From contig CALVIR010000001.1 of the NCBI GenBank assembly GCA_944331915.1, forward strand, positions 10,851 to 74,850: a DNA stretch of 64,000 nucleotides. Direction: 5' to 3'. Below are positions 1 through 8,993 of this stretch, in pieces. Numbering within the stretch: position 1 is the first letter of the stretch; every line of letters begins with the position of its first letter. The notes under the pieces are model-generated. The model saw only the letters and a program-made list of their open reading frames with translations, made no database searches and was not told where the DNA came from. The stretch is from an uncultured Bacilli bacterium. Lineage in GTDB: Bacteria > Bacillota_I > Bacilli_A > RF39 > UBA660. The position numbers and the translations under genes are program-made.

Positions 1-81
1 CTTTATATTATTATTACTATCTATATGTTCACTTATTAAGTCTGTTCTAAGCATGTATTTATTCAAGTCTATCTCATGCAT
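1..81 (-). CDS. First 27 codons of a germination-protease (Gpr)-like protein; the gene continues past the window edge
   Basis: A minus-strand ATG at 79-81 opens MHEIDLNKYMLRTDLISEHI. This resembles the conserved N-terminus of spore GPR endopeptidases. It is divergent from rpsT, as in Bacillus. Only 27 aa are visible. Confidence 0.35.
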   Translation of the reverse strand, partial: MHEIDLNKYMLRTDLISEHIDSNNNIK

Positions 82-124
82 ATTAATCACCAGTATTATT
101 ATTAACAAGTTTTAAGAAAAATAT

Positions 125-153
125 TTGCAAAAACACTAAATATTTGATAGAAT
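125..153 (+). promoter_or_regulatory. Sigma-A-type promoter candidate for rpsT
   Basis: TTGCAA (125-130), 17-nt spacer, TAGAAT (148-153), about 30 nt upstream of the rpsT start. Confidence 0.45.
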
Positions 154-184
154 TAGTATGTTTAACAAAAGAGAGGTGAAAAAC

Positions 185-448
185 ATGCCAAATATTACAA
201 GTGCTAAAAAAAGAGTACGTAGTAATGCAAGAAAAGCTGATGTTAATACTTTAGTTAGATCAAGTATGAGAACAGCTGTTAAAAATGTTGAAAAAACAGT
301 TACTGCTGGTACTAAAGAAGAAGCTAGCAACAAATTAAATATTGCATTACAAAGAATTGATAAAGCTTGTAACAGTGGACTTGTTCATAAGAACAAAGCT
401 GCTAGATTAAAATCAAGACTTACAAAAGCCGTAAATAGCATGGAATAA
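185..448 (+). CDS. rpsT: 30S ribosomal protein S20
   Basis: MPNITSAKKRVRSNARKA... is the canonical S20 N-terminus. A GAGAGGTG RBS lies 5-6 nt upstream of the ATG at 185. The tracked ORF start at 158 is probably too early. Confidence 0.92.
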   Translation: MPNITSAKKRVRSNARKADVNTLVRSSMRTAVKNVEKTVTAGTKEEASNKLNIALQRIDKACNSGLVHKNKAARLKSRLTKAVNSME

Positions 449-452
449 GAAA

Positions 453-490
453 AAGAAATGTGGATAGTGTACACGCACATTTCTTTTTTT
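453..490 (+). terminator. Intrinsic terminator of rpsT
   Basis: Stem AGAAATGTG / CACATTTCT followed by a T7 run. Confidence 0.75.
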
Positions 491-572
491 ATACCAAATA
501 CATCATAGTCAAAAAAATCTAATAATTATACTTTATACTTTATACTATATTCTATAATTTTAACAAATAATA

Positions 573-2402
573 TTATTGAACAGATAATTCAAATGGATCA
601 TTTTTAGTACCAATACCACCTGTTATAATAACATCATCTTTTAAAGTTAAAACTGGTTTAACTTTATGTTTATAGTTTGCTGATTGTGAATTACCTAAAA
701 AGCCAACATAATCTAAATAAACCCAAAGTTCATTAGTTTGATATGGAGTTATAAGCCAAAAACTTTCATTAATGGTATTTTGTCCAGCCATCAATTCCCC
801 AAGTCTCAATAACCCTACATTAAATTTACCTAAATAAGCTTCAGTAGTCATACTTGTATCTTTATACTTGGCTAATAAATAACTTTCATTTACCCCAACT
901 GTTCCAATATAAAGTTCTGTTGGTTGTACCATATTTTTCTGATCAGCTGATAAATAAAGAGTGCTATTTTTATAAAAAGTATTATTCAAAAAATCATGAA
1001 TAGTATTGGAAATTCCATATGCATTAAAATAAAATTCAGAAGAATCACCGAACTCCATAAGTAAATCAGTGCCATTATTAATAAGAGGAACATCAGTAGT
1101 TATTTTTGTACCGCCATTTTCATGACTTACAATGCGATATAGGTTATTTTCTCCAATACCAAAACGAATATATTCACCGCTAAATCTTGTATTAAGTAAT
1201 GTACCTGATAAATTAGTGTCATTATCACCTTCAAGTCGATACGGATCATCATTTGTACCAGTGCCTGAACTTATAGTAATGGTGGGTTTTAAATTTATTG
1301 CTGGTCTTACTCCCATTGCATAAACATCATTACCTACAGAAACATTTAAAGCTACTGAAGACACCCCAGCATTGGTGAGACCATTTTCACTTAAAATCCA
1401 GGAATATAAACCATTATTTAAATAACATGCAGAACTATATTTACCACCACATCCTTTTGTATACTCATACGCTGTTAATAAACCTACTGGATTTACACTA
1501 ACAGAATCAGGATATGGTACAACACCTGTTTGTCTTTTAGAAAGCCACTCACTATCCATTTTAAGAAATTTTTCAGGTGAACGAAGATTAGCAAGAAAAC
1601 CTGATTCTGTAGTATCATTTAACCACATTTCAATATAACTTCCAACAAATGTACCATCACCATTTTGATTATAACTAAGAGTTGAAATATTATTCTGACT
1701 TACTAGCTTTACACTATTATCACTAGTATCTATTGATACTGCTCTCCATAATTTACCACTATACCAAATATAGTTATTTGGATCTGTTCCTGTTATAAAC
1801 GTCTGATCTTTATCACTTGTATCTATCGCTCCATTTTCTCCTACTCCTGCTAATAATACTTCAGCTACTGTAGGATCACTTATTTCTTCAAATAAATGCC
1901 CATTACTAGGTAAAGTTAAATCATTATAATCTAGACCTACTTGTACTCCTAAGGTAATAGTTATATTACTAGCAGAATTATTAGTCACCTTTATCTTATA
2001 AACATTACTAGCTCCAACACTACCGTCTGCTTCCAAATTAACTCCTGTTGCTAGAGGTGGTATACTTAATCCATCTCCTGTTACATATCCAGCACTTACT
2101 CCATCAGGTAACGCTCCAACATAATAGAAATTAAATCTTGCTATTCTACTATTAGGATTACTTAAAGTAACTGTAAACTCTTTAGTCTCTCCACTATTAA
2201 CACTAAGCGTATTTCCAACAGCTCCATCAATACTTAAATCATATGATAGTGTTCCCGTTACAATACTAATAGCATTACTCTTTTCTTTATTAACTGTAAA
2301 CATCGCATAAGAAAAATATCCACCTACTATCAGTAATGTTAATATAATCACTACTAACATATAAATCTTACTAAATTTTGTTTCTAACAGCATTTTTTTC
2401 AT
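573..2402 (-). CDS. Secreted or membrane-anchored protein, paralog A: SipW-type-like signal and TasA/camelysin-like N-terminal module, followed by two DUF6273-like domains
   Basis: The N-terminal TM ends in VGGYFSYAMFTVNKEKSNAISIVTGTLSYDL (compare GGGTFAYFSD..NN.F.AGTLDL of TasA/CalY). Two modules show the pattern W..V.....VKLV..., WLN..., LL..EY..., W(L/I)xxP..., GVRP..NLK. The ORF is an intact 609 aa with an AAAGGAG RBS. Confidence 0.6.
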   Translation of the reverse strand: MKKMLLETKFSKIYMLVVIILTLLIVGGYFSYAMFTVNKEKSNAISIVTGTLSYDLSIDGAVGNTLSVNSGETKEFTVTLSNPNSRIARFNFYYVGALPDGVSAGYVTGDGLSIPPLATGVNLEADGSVGASNVYKIKVTNNSASNITITLGVQVGLDYNDLTLPSNGHLFEEISDPTVAEVLLAGVGENGAIDTSDKDQTFITGTDPNNYIWYSGKLWRAVSIDTSDNSVKLVSQNNISTLSYNQNGDGTFVGSYIEMWLNDTTESGFLANLRSPEKFLKMDSEWLSKRQTGVVPYPDSVSVNPVGLLTAYEYTKGCGGKYSSACYLNNGLYSWILSENGLTNAGVSSVALNVSVGNDVYAMGVRPAINLKPTITISSGTGTNDDPYRLEGDNDTNLSGTLLNTRFSGEYIRFGIGENNLYRIVSHENGGTKITTDVPLINNGTDLLMEFGDSSEFYFNAYGISNTIHDFLNNTFYKNSTLYLSADQKNMVQPTELYIGTVGVNESYLLAKYKDTSMTTEAYLGKFNVGLLRLGELMAGQNTINESFWLITPYQTNELWVYLDYVGFLGNSQSANYKHKVKPVLTLKDDVIITGGIGTKNDPFELSVQ

Positions 2403-2504
2403 TTTCTACTCCTTTTGAATATAGATATTTTTGACATTAATTATATTATACCCCGTTTTTTATGTTCTATACATCCAGTTATATAACCAGTTTACAAAGC
2501 ACAC

Positions 2505-2536
2505 TAAAAAGAACAGAATCCTTCTATCCTGTTCTT
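2505..2536 (-). terminator. Intrinsic-terminator-like hairpin inside the conserved leader of paralog A
   Basis: Minus-strand RNA AAGAACAG-12 nt loop-CUGUUCUU followed by UUU. The element is conserved upstream of paralog B, where a G-U wobble is compatible only with the minus strand. Confidence 0.6.
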
Positions 2537-2575
2537 ATTCTATAATTAAAGAAAGTACTTATTTGTTTAAAACTA

Positions 2576-2584
2576 CCCCCCCCC
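2576..2584. repeat. C9/G9 homopolymer tract in the leader of paralog A
   Basis: Nine consecutive C on the plus strand (G9 in the minus-strand leader). The paralogous position reads GGGGAGGGG. Confidence 0.9.
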
Positions 2585-2798
2585 AGTTAACAAATTGTGA
2601 ACTAGATATTCTTGACATTTTCATACCCTCTTCCTATAGATTGACGAATTAATTTACTCTAGAAATTTAAATAAGTCTATCTACTATTCTTTTCTTACCT
2701 TGATATCTTTTAGCTAATTATACATTATAAATAACTAAGTCAGCAATAGAAAATATTAAACTAGACAAAGTTTTTACACTTATCTAGTTAACATGATA

Positions 2799-4100
2799 CT
2801 AAACATCTTTAGTTTTAAAAGCTTTAAAGAATTTAGACCAAACCTTTTCATTTGAATAGTTTAATATACCTACTTTATATACTTTTAAACCATATTTTAA
2901 AATTATATAGATGAAAATAATTAGAATGACTATTGATATTATAATATCAATAATACTTATTTGTCCCATAATATAAAGACTTGGACTAACAAAGGAAGAA
3001 AGAAATGGAACATAAGATAAAATTCTAATTAAGGTTGAACCTTCAAACATTCCTGCCATCATGGCAAGATAATAACCTGCTAAAGAAATAAGCATGATTG
3101 GTGTTTGTAATTGACTAAAGTCTTCCATATTTACAGTCATAGAAGCTAAAATACCTGCAACAACAGCATAAGCTATGAAAGATAAAACAATTAAAACTAG
3201 TGTTAACGGAATAACATAGATTAATTTATCTAAGAAGCCACTTGCTACTAAACTATCAAAAATAGAGGTAAATTCACTTGGCATTGCTAAACCACTACTT
3301 AACATATTAGTACTTAATAAAAAGCCAACTACTGCATAAACAATAAGTAATACTCCTTGAATAATAACAAAAATATTACTAGCTAAAACTTTAGATAGAA
3401 GATGCATCTTTGGTGAAACATTAGAGATAATTATTTCCATACTCCTAGTTGTCTTCTCTTCACATATTTCTCCACCTACCATTTGTACTAAGAAAATCGT
3501 CAACATGAAGAAAGGTAAAATAATTGTTGGAAAAACACTACTCATAATAAGATTCATATTTTCATCAACATCAGTTTCTTCATTAAGAACAACTCTATTA
3601 ATAGTTATGGGACTAGAAATACTATTTAAAATATCATAATCGATATTATTAACAGCCATACCTATTGTTGTTTTCGTACTATTTAAAGCTTGTGATAATA
3701 ATTGATAAGTTAAGTTATCAATCTTATCATTACTTATAATACTAGCTTTTAAGTACTCATCATCACTATTTTCTAAAGCGATAATAATATCATCATCTTT
3801 AATATCTTCTTGCTCTTCCTCAACTGTTTTATCACTTTCTAAAATCTTAAATCTCTCTTCATCTTCAGTATTAGAAGCTTCTAAATTTTCTTTTAATAAT
3901 GATGAAGCATTAGTATTATTATCTACTATTATAATATTAGTTCTACTATCGAAATCTCCTCCAAAGAAAGTAATAACTGAATTAATATTTAAAAGTAAAA
4001 TGATAACAATAGCTAAGATAACATTAGTAATAATAAACCATTTAGATTTTATTTTTTTATTTAAACTTACTTTTGTTAAATACCAAAATTTCTTATTCAT
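2799..4100 (-). CDS. ABC-2 type transporter permease (NatB/YhaP-like) with a large acidic extracytoplasmic loop
   Basis: One N-terminal TM, an acidic loop of about 140 aa, then five or six C-terminal TMs. The ATG at 4100 follows a GGTGG RBS and overlaps the upstream ATPase stop. Confidence 0.7.
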   Translation of the reverse strand: MNKKFWYLTKVSLNKKIKSKWFIITNVILAIVIILLLNINSVITFFGGDFDSRTNIIIVDNNTNASSLLKENLEASNTEDEERFKILESDKTVEEEQEDIKDDDIIIALENSDDEYLKASIISNDKIDNLTYQLLSQALNSTKTTIGMAVNNIDYDILNSISSPITINRVVLNEETDVDENMNLIMSSVFPTIILPFFMLTIFLVQMVGGEICEEKTTRSMEIIISNVSPKMHLLSKVLASNIFVIIQGVLLIVYAVVGFLLSTNMLSSGLAMPSEFTSIFDSLVASGFLDKLIYVIPLTLVLIVLSFIAYAVVAGILASMTVNMEDFSQLQTPIMLISLAGYYLAMMAGMFEGSTLIRILSYVPFLSSFVSPSLYIMGQISIIDIIISIVILIIFIYIILKYGLKVYKVGILNYSNEKVWSKFFKAFKTKDV

Positions 4101-4989
4101 GGATACCACCTACTTTCGCAATAAAGATCTCATTCAAACTAGGCTCTACTAAATCATACTTAGTTATATTTTTATTCTTAACAAGATTAAACACTTTCGG
4201 TGCTACCTCTTTACTTTCTATTTTTACCTCAAGCTCTCCTCTTACTTTATTAACACTAATAACTCCTTTTATCTTCTTAATCTCATCTATTGGTAACTCT
4301 TCTCCTCGTAACATAATATTCTTAATACCATAGTCTTCTTTAATTTGTTTTAAAGAACCACTAACAACCGGAGTTCCTTTAACAAGGATAATTAATTTCT
4401 CACAAAAGTCTTCAATATGTTCCATCTGATGAGATGAAAAGATAATAGAACATCCTTCTTTTTGCAACTCATAAATTGCATCTTTCATCATTTTAACATT
4501 AATAGGATCAAGGCCTGTAAAAGGTTCATCAAGGATTAAGAGTTTAGGACGATTAATTACTGCTGATATAAACTGAATCTTCTGCTGGTTACCTTTAGAT
4601 AATTCTTTAATCTTCCTATTTTTATAGCTTTTGATATTAAAATGCTCTAACCATTTATCTAATTCTTTTTCAATTTTATTTTCATCAAGTCCTTTTAAGA
4701 CTCCATAAAACTTTATCTGCTCTAAAACCGTTAATTTAGTAAGCAAACTTCGCTCTTCTGTTACAAAGCCAATTTTATCAGTCTCATTATAATCTATTTT
4801 TTTACCATCTAATAAGACTGTCCCTTCATTCGCTTCAATTAACCCCATAATAATTCTAAAAGTTGTTGTTTTCCCTGCTCCATTTTCACCTAATAAGCCA
4901 AAGATTTCTCCATCTTTAACCGTAAAAGATAGATTATTAACCGCTTTATTTTTTCCATAATATTTTGTTATATTTTTAATCTCAAGCAT
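4093..4989 (-). CDS. ABC transporter ATP-binding protein (NatA-like)
   Basis: Walker A GENGAGKTT, signature LSKGNQQK, Walker B LLILDEP, and a C-terminal extension typical of the NatA/YhaQ group. Confidence 0.88.
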   Translation of the reverse strand: MLEIKNITKYYGKNKAVNNLSFTVKDGEIFGLLGENGAGKTTTFRIIMGLIEANEGTVLLDGKKIDYNETDKIGFVTEERSLLTKLTVLEQIKFYGVLKGLDENKIEKELDKWLEHFNIKSYKNRKIKELSKGNQQKIQFISAVINRPKLLILDEPFTGLDPINVKMMKDAIYELQKEGCSIIFSSHQMEHIEDFCEKLIILVKGTPVVSGSLKQIKEDYGIKNIMLRGEELPIDEIKKIKGVISVNKVRGELEVKIESKEVAPKVFNLVKNKNITKYDLVEPSLNEIFIAKVGGIHE

Positions 4990-4990
4990 C

Positions 4991-5572
4991 TTATTTTCTC
5001 TCCTTCAAATCTTTAATTTTTGTTATTTTATTTTTATCAACTAAATAAGCTTTAGAAGCCAAATCTATAAGTGGTTGATCACTATAACTATCAGTATATA
5101 CCTCTAATACTTTAATATCTATATATTTTTCTTTTAAATAAGTAACTTTCACCTCACCTTTGCAGTTAGCTTTAGTAAATTTACCATTTTTCTTATTAAC
5201 ATCACTAGCAATTAAATCTTTAACTTTTAACTCTTTAGTAATAGGTTTTAATAAAAAATAAGGTGAAGCGGAAATAATAATATCATTACGATGATCTTTT
5301 TCTAAATAAAACTGTTTTACCTTTTTCTTATTAACTTGCCAAAACTCCTTAACAACTTTATCTATATCTTTAAAAGCTTTTAAAAAGGAAAAGAAGACCT
5401 CTTTTACATAAGTTTTATTCTTTATCTTTAGAAAATAAAGAAAATAAGCCCCTATTACTTTTACGATATTAAAGATAAGATACTTTTTTCTTTTAACACA
5501 GAAAAAATAAAAGTCTAAAGATGAATCTCCATCATAGATTGTTTTATCAAAATCATAAATATTACATTTCAT
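4991..5572 (-). CDS. HAD-IB family phosphatase
   Basis: Motif I DFDKTI, motif II IISASP, and motif III/IV K...YTDSYSDQPL. Confidence 0.75.
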   Translation of the reverse strand: MKCNIYDFDKTIYDGDSSLDFYFFCVKRKKYLIFNIVKVIGAYFLYFLKIKNKTYVKEVFFSFLKAFKDIDKVVKEFWQVNKKKVKQFYLEKDHRNDIIISASPYFLLKPITKELKVKDLIASDVNKKNGKFTKANCKGEVKVTYLKEKYIDIKVLEVYTDSYSDQPLIDLASKAYLVDKNKITKIKDLKERK

Positions 5573-5580
5573 AACTGCTC

Positions 5581-7185
5581 CTAATAATATTTAATAGCAA
5601 AGTTAAAGATATTAATTACCTCTTTCATATTAAATACAAACACTCCTATAATTAATATAACCATTAATGCTACAAACACTTTCCTATTTTTAAATATTTT
5701 TTTAAGTAATAAGTAATATAAAGCTAAGTAAGCGAAAGAGAAATATAAACTATAGAGAATTAAACCATTCTCGGTTGTTCCCCAACCTACTATTAGTAAT
5801 AAAAGGATTGAAAAGATAACCCAAAGAAATGAGAATTTAGCAAAGTTATTTTTGCGATTTAGAATAAAGCTAACCACAACTGCTATTAATAAGATGATAC
5901 CAATAATACTAAAGGTAGTTACCTCCTGTAATTGATAAGTAGGAAAACCCTCAATCATTACTAAATGTCCTTTAGGAGCCAAAAGCGTCGTTTGAACAAA
6001 GTTTAAGAATTGATAAAGTTTATCCGTAAATGAGAGCTTTAAAGCAAAACTAGAGGTAAGTTCCCCAAATCTTGTTACAAATAAAAGTAACTGTGGTAGT
6101 TGTCCACTTATAACAAATATAGATATAAAAGCTAAGAAACATTTAAAGACATCACTAAGCCATTTCTTTAAGGTTTTACCTTTACTAATTAAAGGAAAAA
6201 TAATTCCTGATGTTAACATCGTTCCCACCGCTCCAATATATGGATAGTTAATTTTATCTTTTGTTGTAAAATAATAGTAAAGAGCTAAAATTAAGTAAAA
6301 TAACCCAATAACATACTGTTCTAAGATTATACTAAAAATCAAGGTAGGAAAACTAACACTAAATAATAAATAGAAATACTTTTTATCTTTTTCTTGAACA
6401 TGTAACATTCTTGCTATTAAAATAACTGTAACCACAAGTAAAATAAACTGGATAAAACACATCATTGTTGGATAAGCAAAACCAGTTGGTAAAAAGAATA
6501 GTAATTCTCCTAAAATTTTAGCTGCAACAGAAAAAGGAATCGCAAAAACACCAAATAACGGTTGTCTTATATCATTCTCCGCAAAACTTACATTAAAGTA
6601 AGTATCTTCATAAACTAAAGAACCAGAATCAGTCGTATATAAGACATCATATATCTTCAAATTACCTTCATGATACGGAATAGAAAACGCCGTTGTAACC
6701 GTATTAGCATAAAAAGCAATGATAAAGCCTAAAATACTAATAACTACTAAATATCGCTTTTCTATTTTTGATAATCCTAAAATAAATTTCTTAATCTTAG
6801 GGATAACTTTATCAATAAATAGATAAATAAAACAAGTTAAAGCCGGTATTGCTAACAAAGCTACAAGTTTATATAGCCCATCTTCTAAATAAATACCAAA
6901 AATATCATTAATTTTCGCTCCTAAACTATTAATCGCTAAATTATTTATCTTACTAAATAACCCTAACATATATAAACTAATCGCTAGGGATGCTAACAAC
7001 TTTTTACTATTTATCTTCCTAAACTGGCTAGAAAACTTACGCACTAAAATAAAGGCAATTATTAAAGAAATAAAAGCCCCAATACAAACAAATAAAGTCT
7101 CATATCTATTTGACAATAATAAAGTTAAAAAAGGACATGACAAAGCAAGAATAATCCTCATTATAATACTTAACTTATTTTTCAT
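5581..7185 (-). CDS. Polytopic membrane protein, putative GT-C-type glycosyltransferase
   Basis: 534 aa with at least 12 hydrophobic segments, and an extracytoplasmic-looking loop carrying acidic motifs (YEDTYF, AENDIRQP). It sits between the HAD phosphatase and the UbiA homolog. The fold assignment is an inference. Confidence 0.4.
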   Translation of the reverse strand: MKNKLSIIMRIILALSCPFLTLLLSNRYETLFVCIGAFISLIIAFILVRKFSSQFRKINSKKLLASLAISLYMLGLFSKINNLAINSLGAKINDIFGIYLEDGLYKLVALLAIPALTCFIYLFIDKVIPKIKKFILGLSKIEKRYLVVISILGFIIAFYANTVTTAFSIPYHEGNLKIYDVLYTTDSGSLVYEDTYFNVSFAENDIRQPLFGVFAIPFSVAAKILGELLFFLPTGFAYPTMMCFIQFILLVVTVILIARMLHVQEKDKKYFYLLFSVSFPTLIFSIILEQYVIGLFYLILALYYYFTTKDKINYPYIGAVGTMLTSGIIFPLISKGKTLKKWLSDVFKCFLAFISIFVISGQLPQLLLFVTRFGELTSSFALKLSFTDKLYQFLNFVQTTLLAPKGHLVMIEGFPTYQLQEVTTFSIIGIILLIAVVVSFILNRKNNFAKFSFLWVIFSILLLLIVGWGTTENGLILYSLYFSFAYLALYYLLLKKIFKNRKVFVALMVILIIGVFVFNMKEVINIFNFAIKYY

Positions 7186-7193
7186 AACATCAC

Positions 7194-8051
7194 CTATAAA
7201 ACATATAAAATCATTATTAAAAATAAAACATAAACTAAACCTAAAGCCATTATAGCTTTATCATGAACAATAACCTCAACCGGATCACCATCACTTTCTC
7301 CTTCAATATCCATACTATATTTCATACAGATAATTATCACTAAAGGAACAGTCCAAATAAGCAAATTATTACTTTTAGAAACAATAGATAAATCTGTTGT
7401 CCATAAAGAATAGAAAATAATAGTCATCGTTAAAAACATATACATATTTTTATCTAAAAAGTCTTTACTATAATACTTTAAAACATTTCTAGTTTTACTA
7501 CCATTTTTAACAATTTCATTTCTTCTTTTTCCTAATCCTAAATAGAAAGAAATAGCAATCACAGTTAAATATAACCAATTAGAAACTGTAATTGCAAGAA
7601 GAGAGGCTCCAAATAAGACTCTAATAACAAAACCAGAAACTAAAATAACAATATCAACCAAGGGAACATTTTTTAATCCTAAACTATAAAGTAAATTTAA
7701 AAGAAAATAAAGTCCTAAATAACCTATTGATAAAAGACTAAAATTAAGAATGATAACTAATAAAGCAACAATAATTAAGAGGCAAACCATAAAGATAAGT
7801 GCATTCCTAACACTGATTTTTCCTGCTGCAATCGGTCGTTTACACTTGGTTTTATGCTTCTTATCTTTTTCTTTATCTTTAATATCATTAATTATATAAA
7901 TAGAACTAGCAACCAGTGAAAAACAAAGAACACCCCCTAATGTTATTAATAAATTAGAAAGTGAGAAAAATTTACCACTAAAAAGCAGTGGTAAAAAAAT
8001 AAGAAAGTTTTTAATATAATGCTTTGGTCGCATTAATTTTAAATATTCCAT
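7194..8051 (-). CDS. UbiA-family polyprenyl-phosphate 5-phosphoribosyltransferase (DPPR-synthase-like, Rv3806c type)
   Basis: Collinear with the mycobacterial enzyme as I recall it: MRPKHYIKNF, YIINDIKDKEKDKKH.TK..RPIAAG, GLK..P.VDI, GKRRNE, and C-terminal GDPVE. Confidence 0.7.
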   Translation of the reverse strand: MEYLKLMRPKHYIKNFLIFLPLLFSGKFFSLSNLLITLGGVLCFSLVASSIYIINDIKDKEKDKKHKTKCKRPIAAGKISVRNALIFMVCLLIIVALLVIILNFSLLSIGYLGLYFLLNLLYSLGLKNVPLVDIVILVSGFVIRVLFGASLLAITVSNWLYLTVIAISFYLGLGKRRNEIVKNGSKTRNVLKYYSKDFLDKNMYMFLTMTIIFYSLWTTDLSIVSKSNNLLIWTVPLVIIICMKYSMDIEGESDGDPVEVIVHDKAIMALGLVYVLFLIMILYVL

Positions 8052-8052
8052 A

Positions 8053-8991
8053 CTAATTGCCTTTCTCTTTTTTTGTTCTAATTAAAATTAATTCAAATAA
8101 CTGCCGATGTTTTTTCACTAATACCTCAAGAATAATTCCACAAACAAATAGTAAAATGGCAATAATTAACATAAAACCAGCAAAGATTAAAGTCGGAATT
8201 CTTGGAACTAAACCTGTTTCAAAATATTCAACAAAGACAGGAATACCAAAAATTAAAGAAATTATTAAAAAGATTAAACTAACTAAAGAAAAGAATAAAG
8301 TTGGTTTATATTCCTTAAATAATCTAGCAATAGTCTTTAAGACTTTAAAGCCATCACTATAAGTATTTAACTTTGATACGCTTCCCTTTGGTCGATCTCG
8401 ATAAGAAACTGGTATTTCTTTTAATAAGAAATTTTTATCAAGCGCATGAATCGTCATTTCTGTTTCTATTTCAAACCCTTTAGATAAAACTGGAAATGTC
8501 TTAACAAATTCATAACTAAAAGCCCTATATCCTGTCATAATATCTCTAATATTACTGTGAAATAAGGTATTAATTAATCCTCTTACTAATTTATTACCAA
8601 AGTTATGAAATGGTCTTTTATTTTCTGTAAAATATGTTGATGATAATCTATCCCCTATTACCATATCAGCTTTACCTTCTAAAACAAGATTACACATTTC
8701 TTTCGCATTCTCTTTAGGATATGTATCATCACCATCAATCATCAAATAACAATCAGCATCAATGTCCTTAAACATTGTTCTAATCACGTTACCTTTACCT
8801 TGCCGATATTCATATTTAACAATTGCCCCCGCCTTTTTAGCAATTTTATCAGTCCCATCTGTAGAATTGTTATCATAAACATAAATATCTGCCTCTGGTA
8901 AAACCTCTTTATAGTCTTTAACTACCTTCGCAATTGTTTTACTTTCATTATAGCAGGGAATTAAAACTGCAATTTTCTTATCTTTACTCAT
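8053..8991 (-). CDS. GT2 glycosyltransferase with two C-terminal TMs (polyprenyl-phosphate glycosyltransferase-like)
   Basis: IAVLIPCYNE, DNNSTDGT, IDGDDTY, and C-terminal hydrophobic helices as in GtrB/CsbB-type enzymes. Confidence 0.75.
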   Translation of the reverse strand: MSKDKKIAVLIPCYNESKTIAKVVKDYKEVLPEADIYVYDNNSTDGTDKIAKKAGAIVKYEYRQGKGNVIRTMFKDIDADCYLMIDGDDTYPKENAKEMCNLVLEGKADMVIGDRLSSTYFTENKRPFHNFGNKLVRGLINTLFHSNIRDIMTGYRAFSYEFVKTFPVLSKGFEIETEMTIHALDKNFLLKEIPVSYRDRPKGSVSKLNTYSDGFKVLKTIARLFKEYKPTLFFSLVSLIFLIISLIFGIPVFVEYFETGLVPRIPTLIFAGFMLIIAILLFVCGIILEVLVKKHRQLFELILIRTKKEKGN

Positions 8992-8993
8992 TT

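Noticed and set aside
136-333. Short antisense or overlapping ORFs from the track: 136..333, 1132..1323, 2431..2652, 4073..4333, 8057..8362, 15489..15698, 16894..17085, 18244..18585, 20225..20419, 30401..30601, 39440..39655, 41071..41262, 45818..46021, 50147..50341, 51924..52109, 59013..59213, 59330..59746, 61720..61914.
   Set aside because: Each lies opposite to, or inside, a gene with strong family signatures, or in a leader region. The translations are low-complexity, as expected from AT-rich DNA. No RBS or start-codon context supports them.
2690-2720. The string TATCTTTTAGCTA upstream of paralog A appears in the opposite orientation upstream of paralog B (about 21716-21727), hinting at an inverted promoter segment.
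   Set aside because: The match is only 12-13 nt of low-complexity sequence with no flanking inverted repeats. This is insufficient to claim an inversion.
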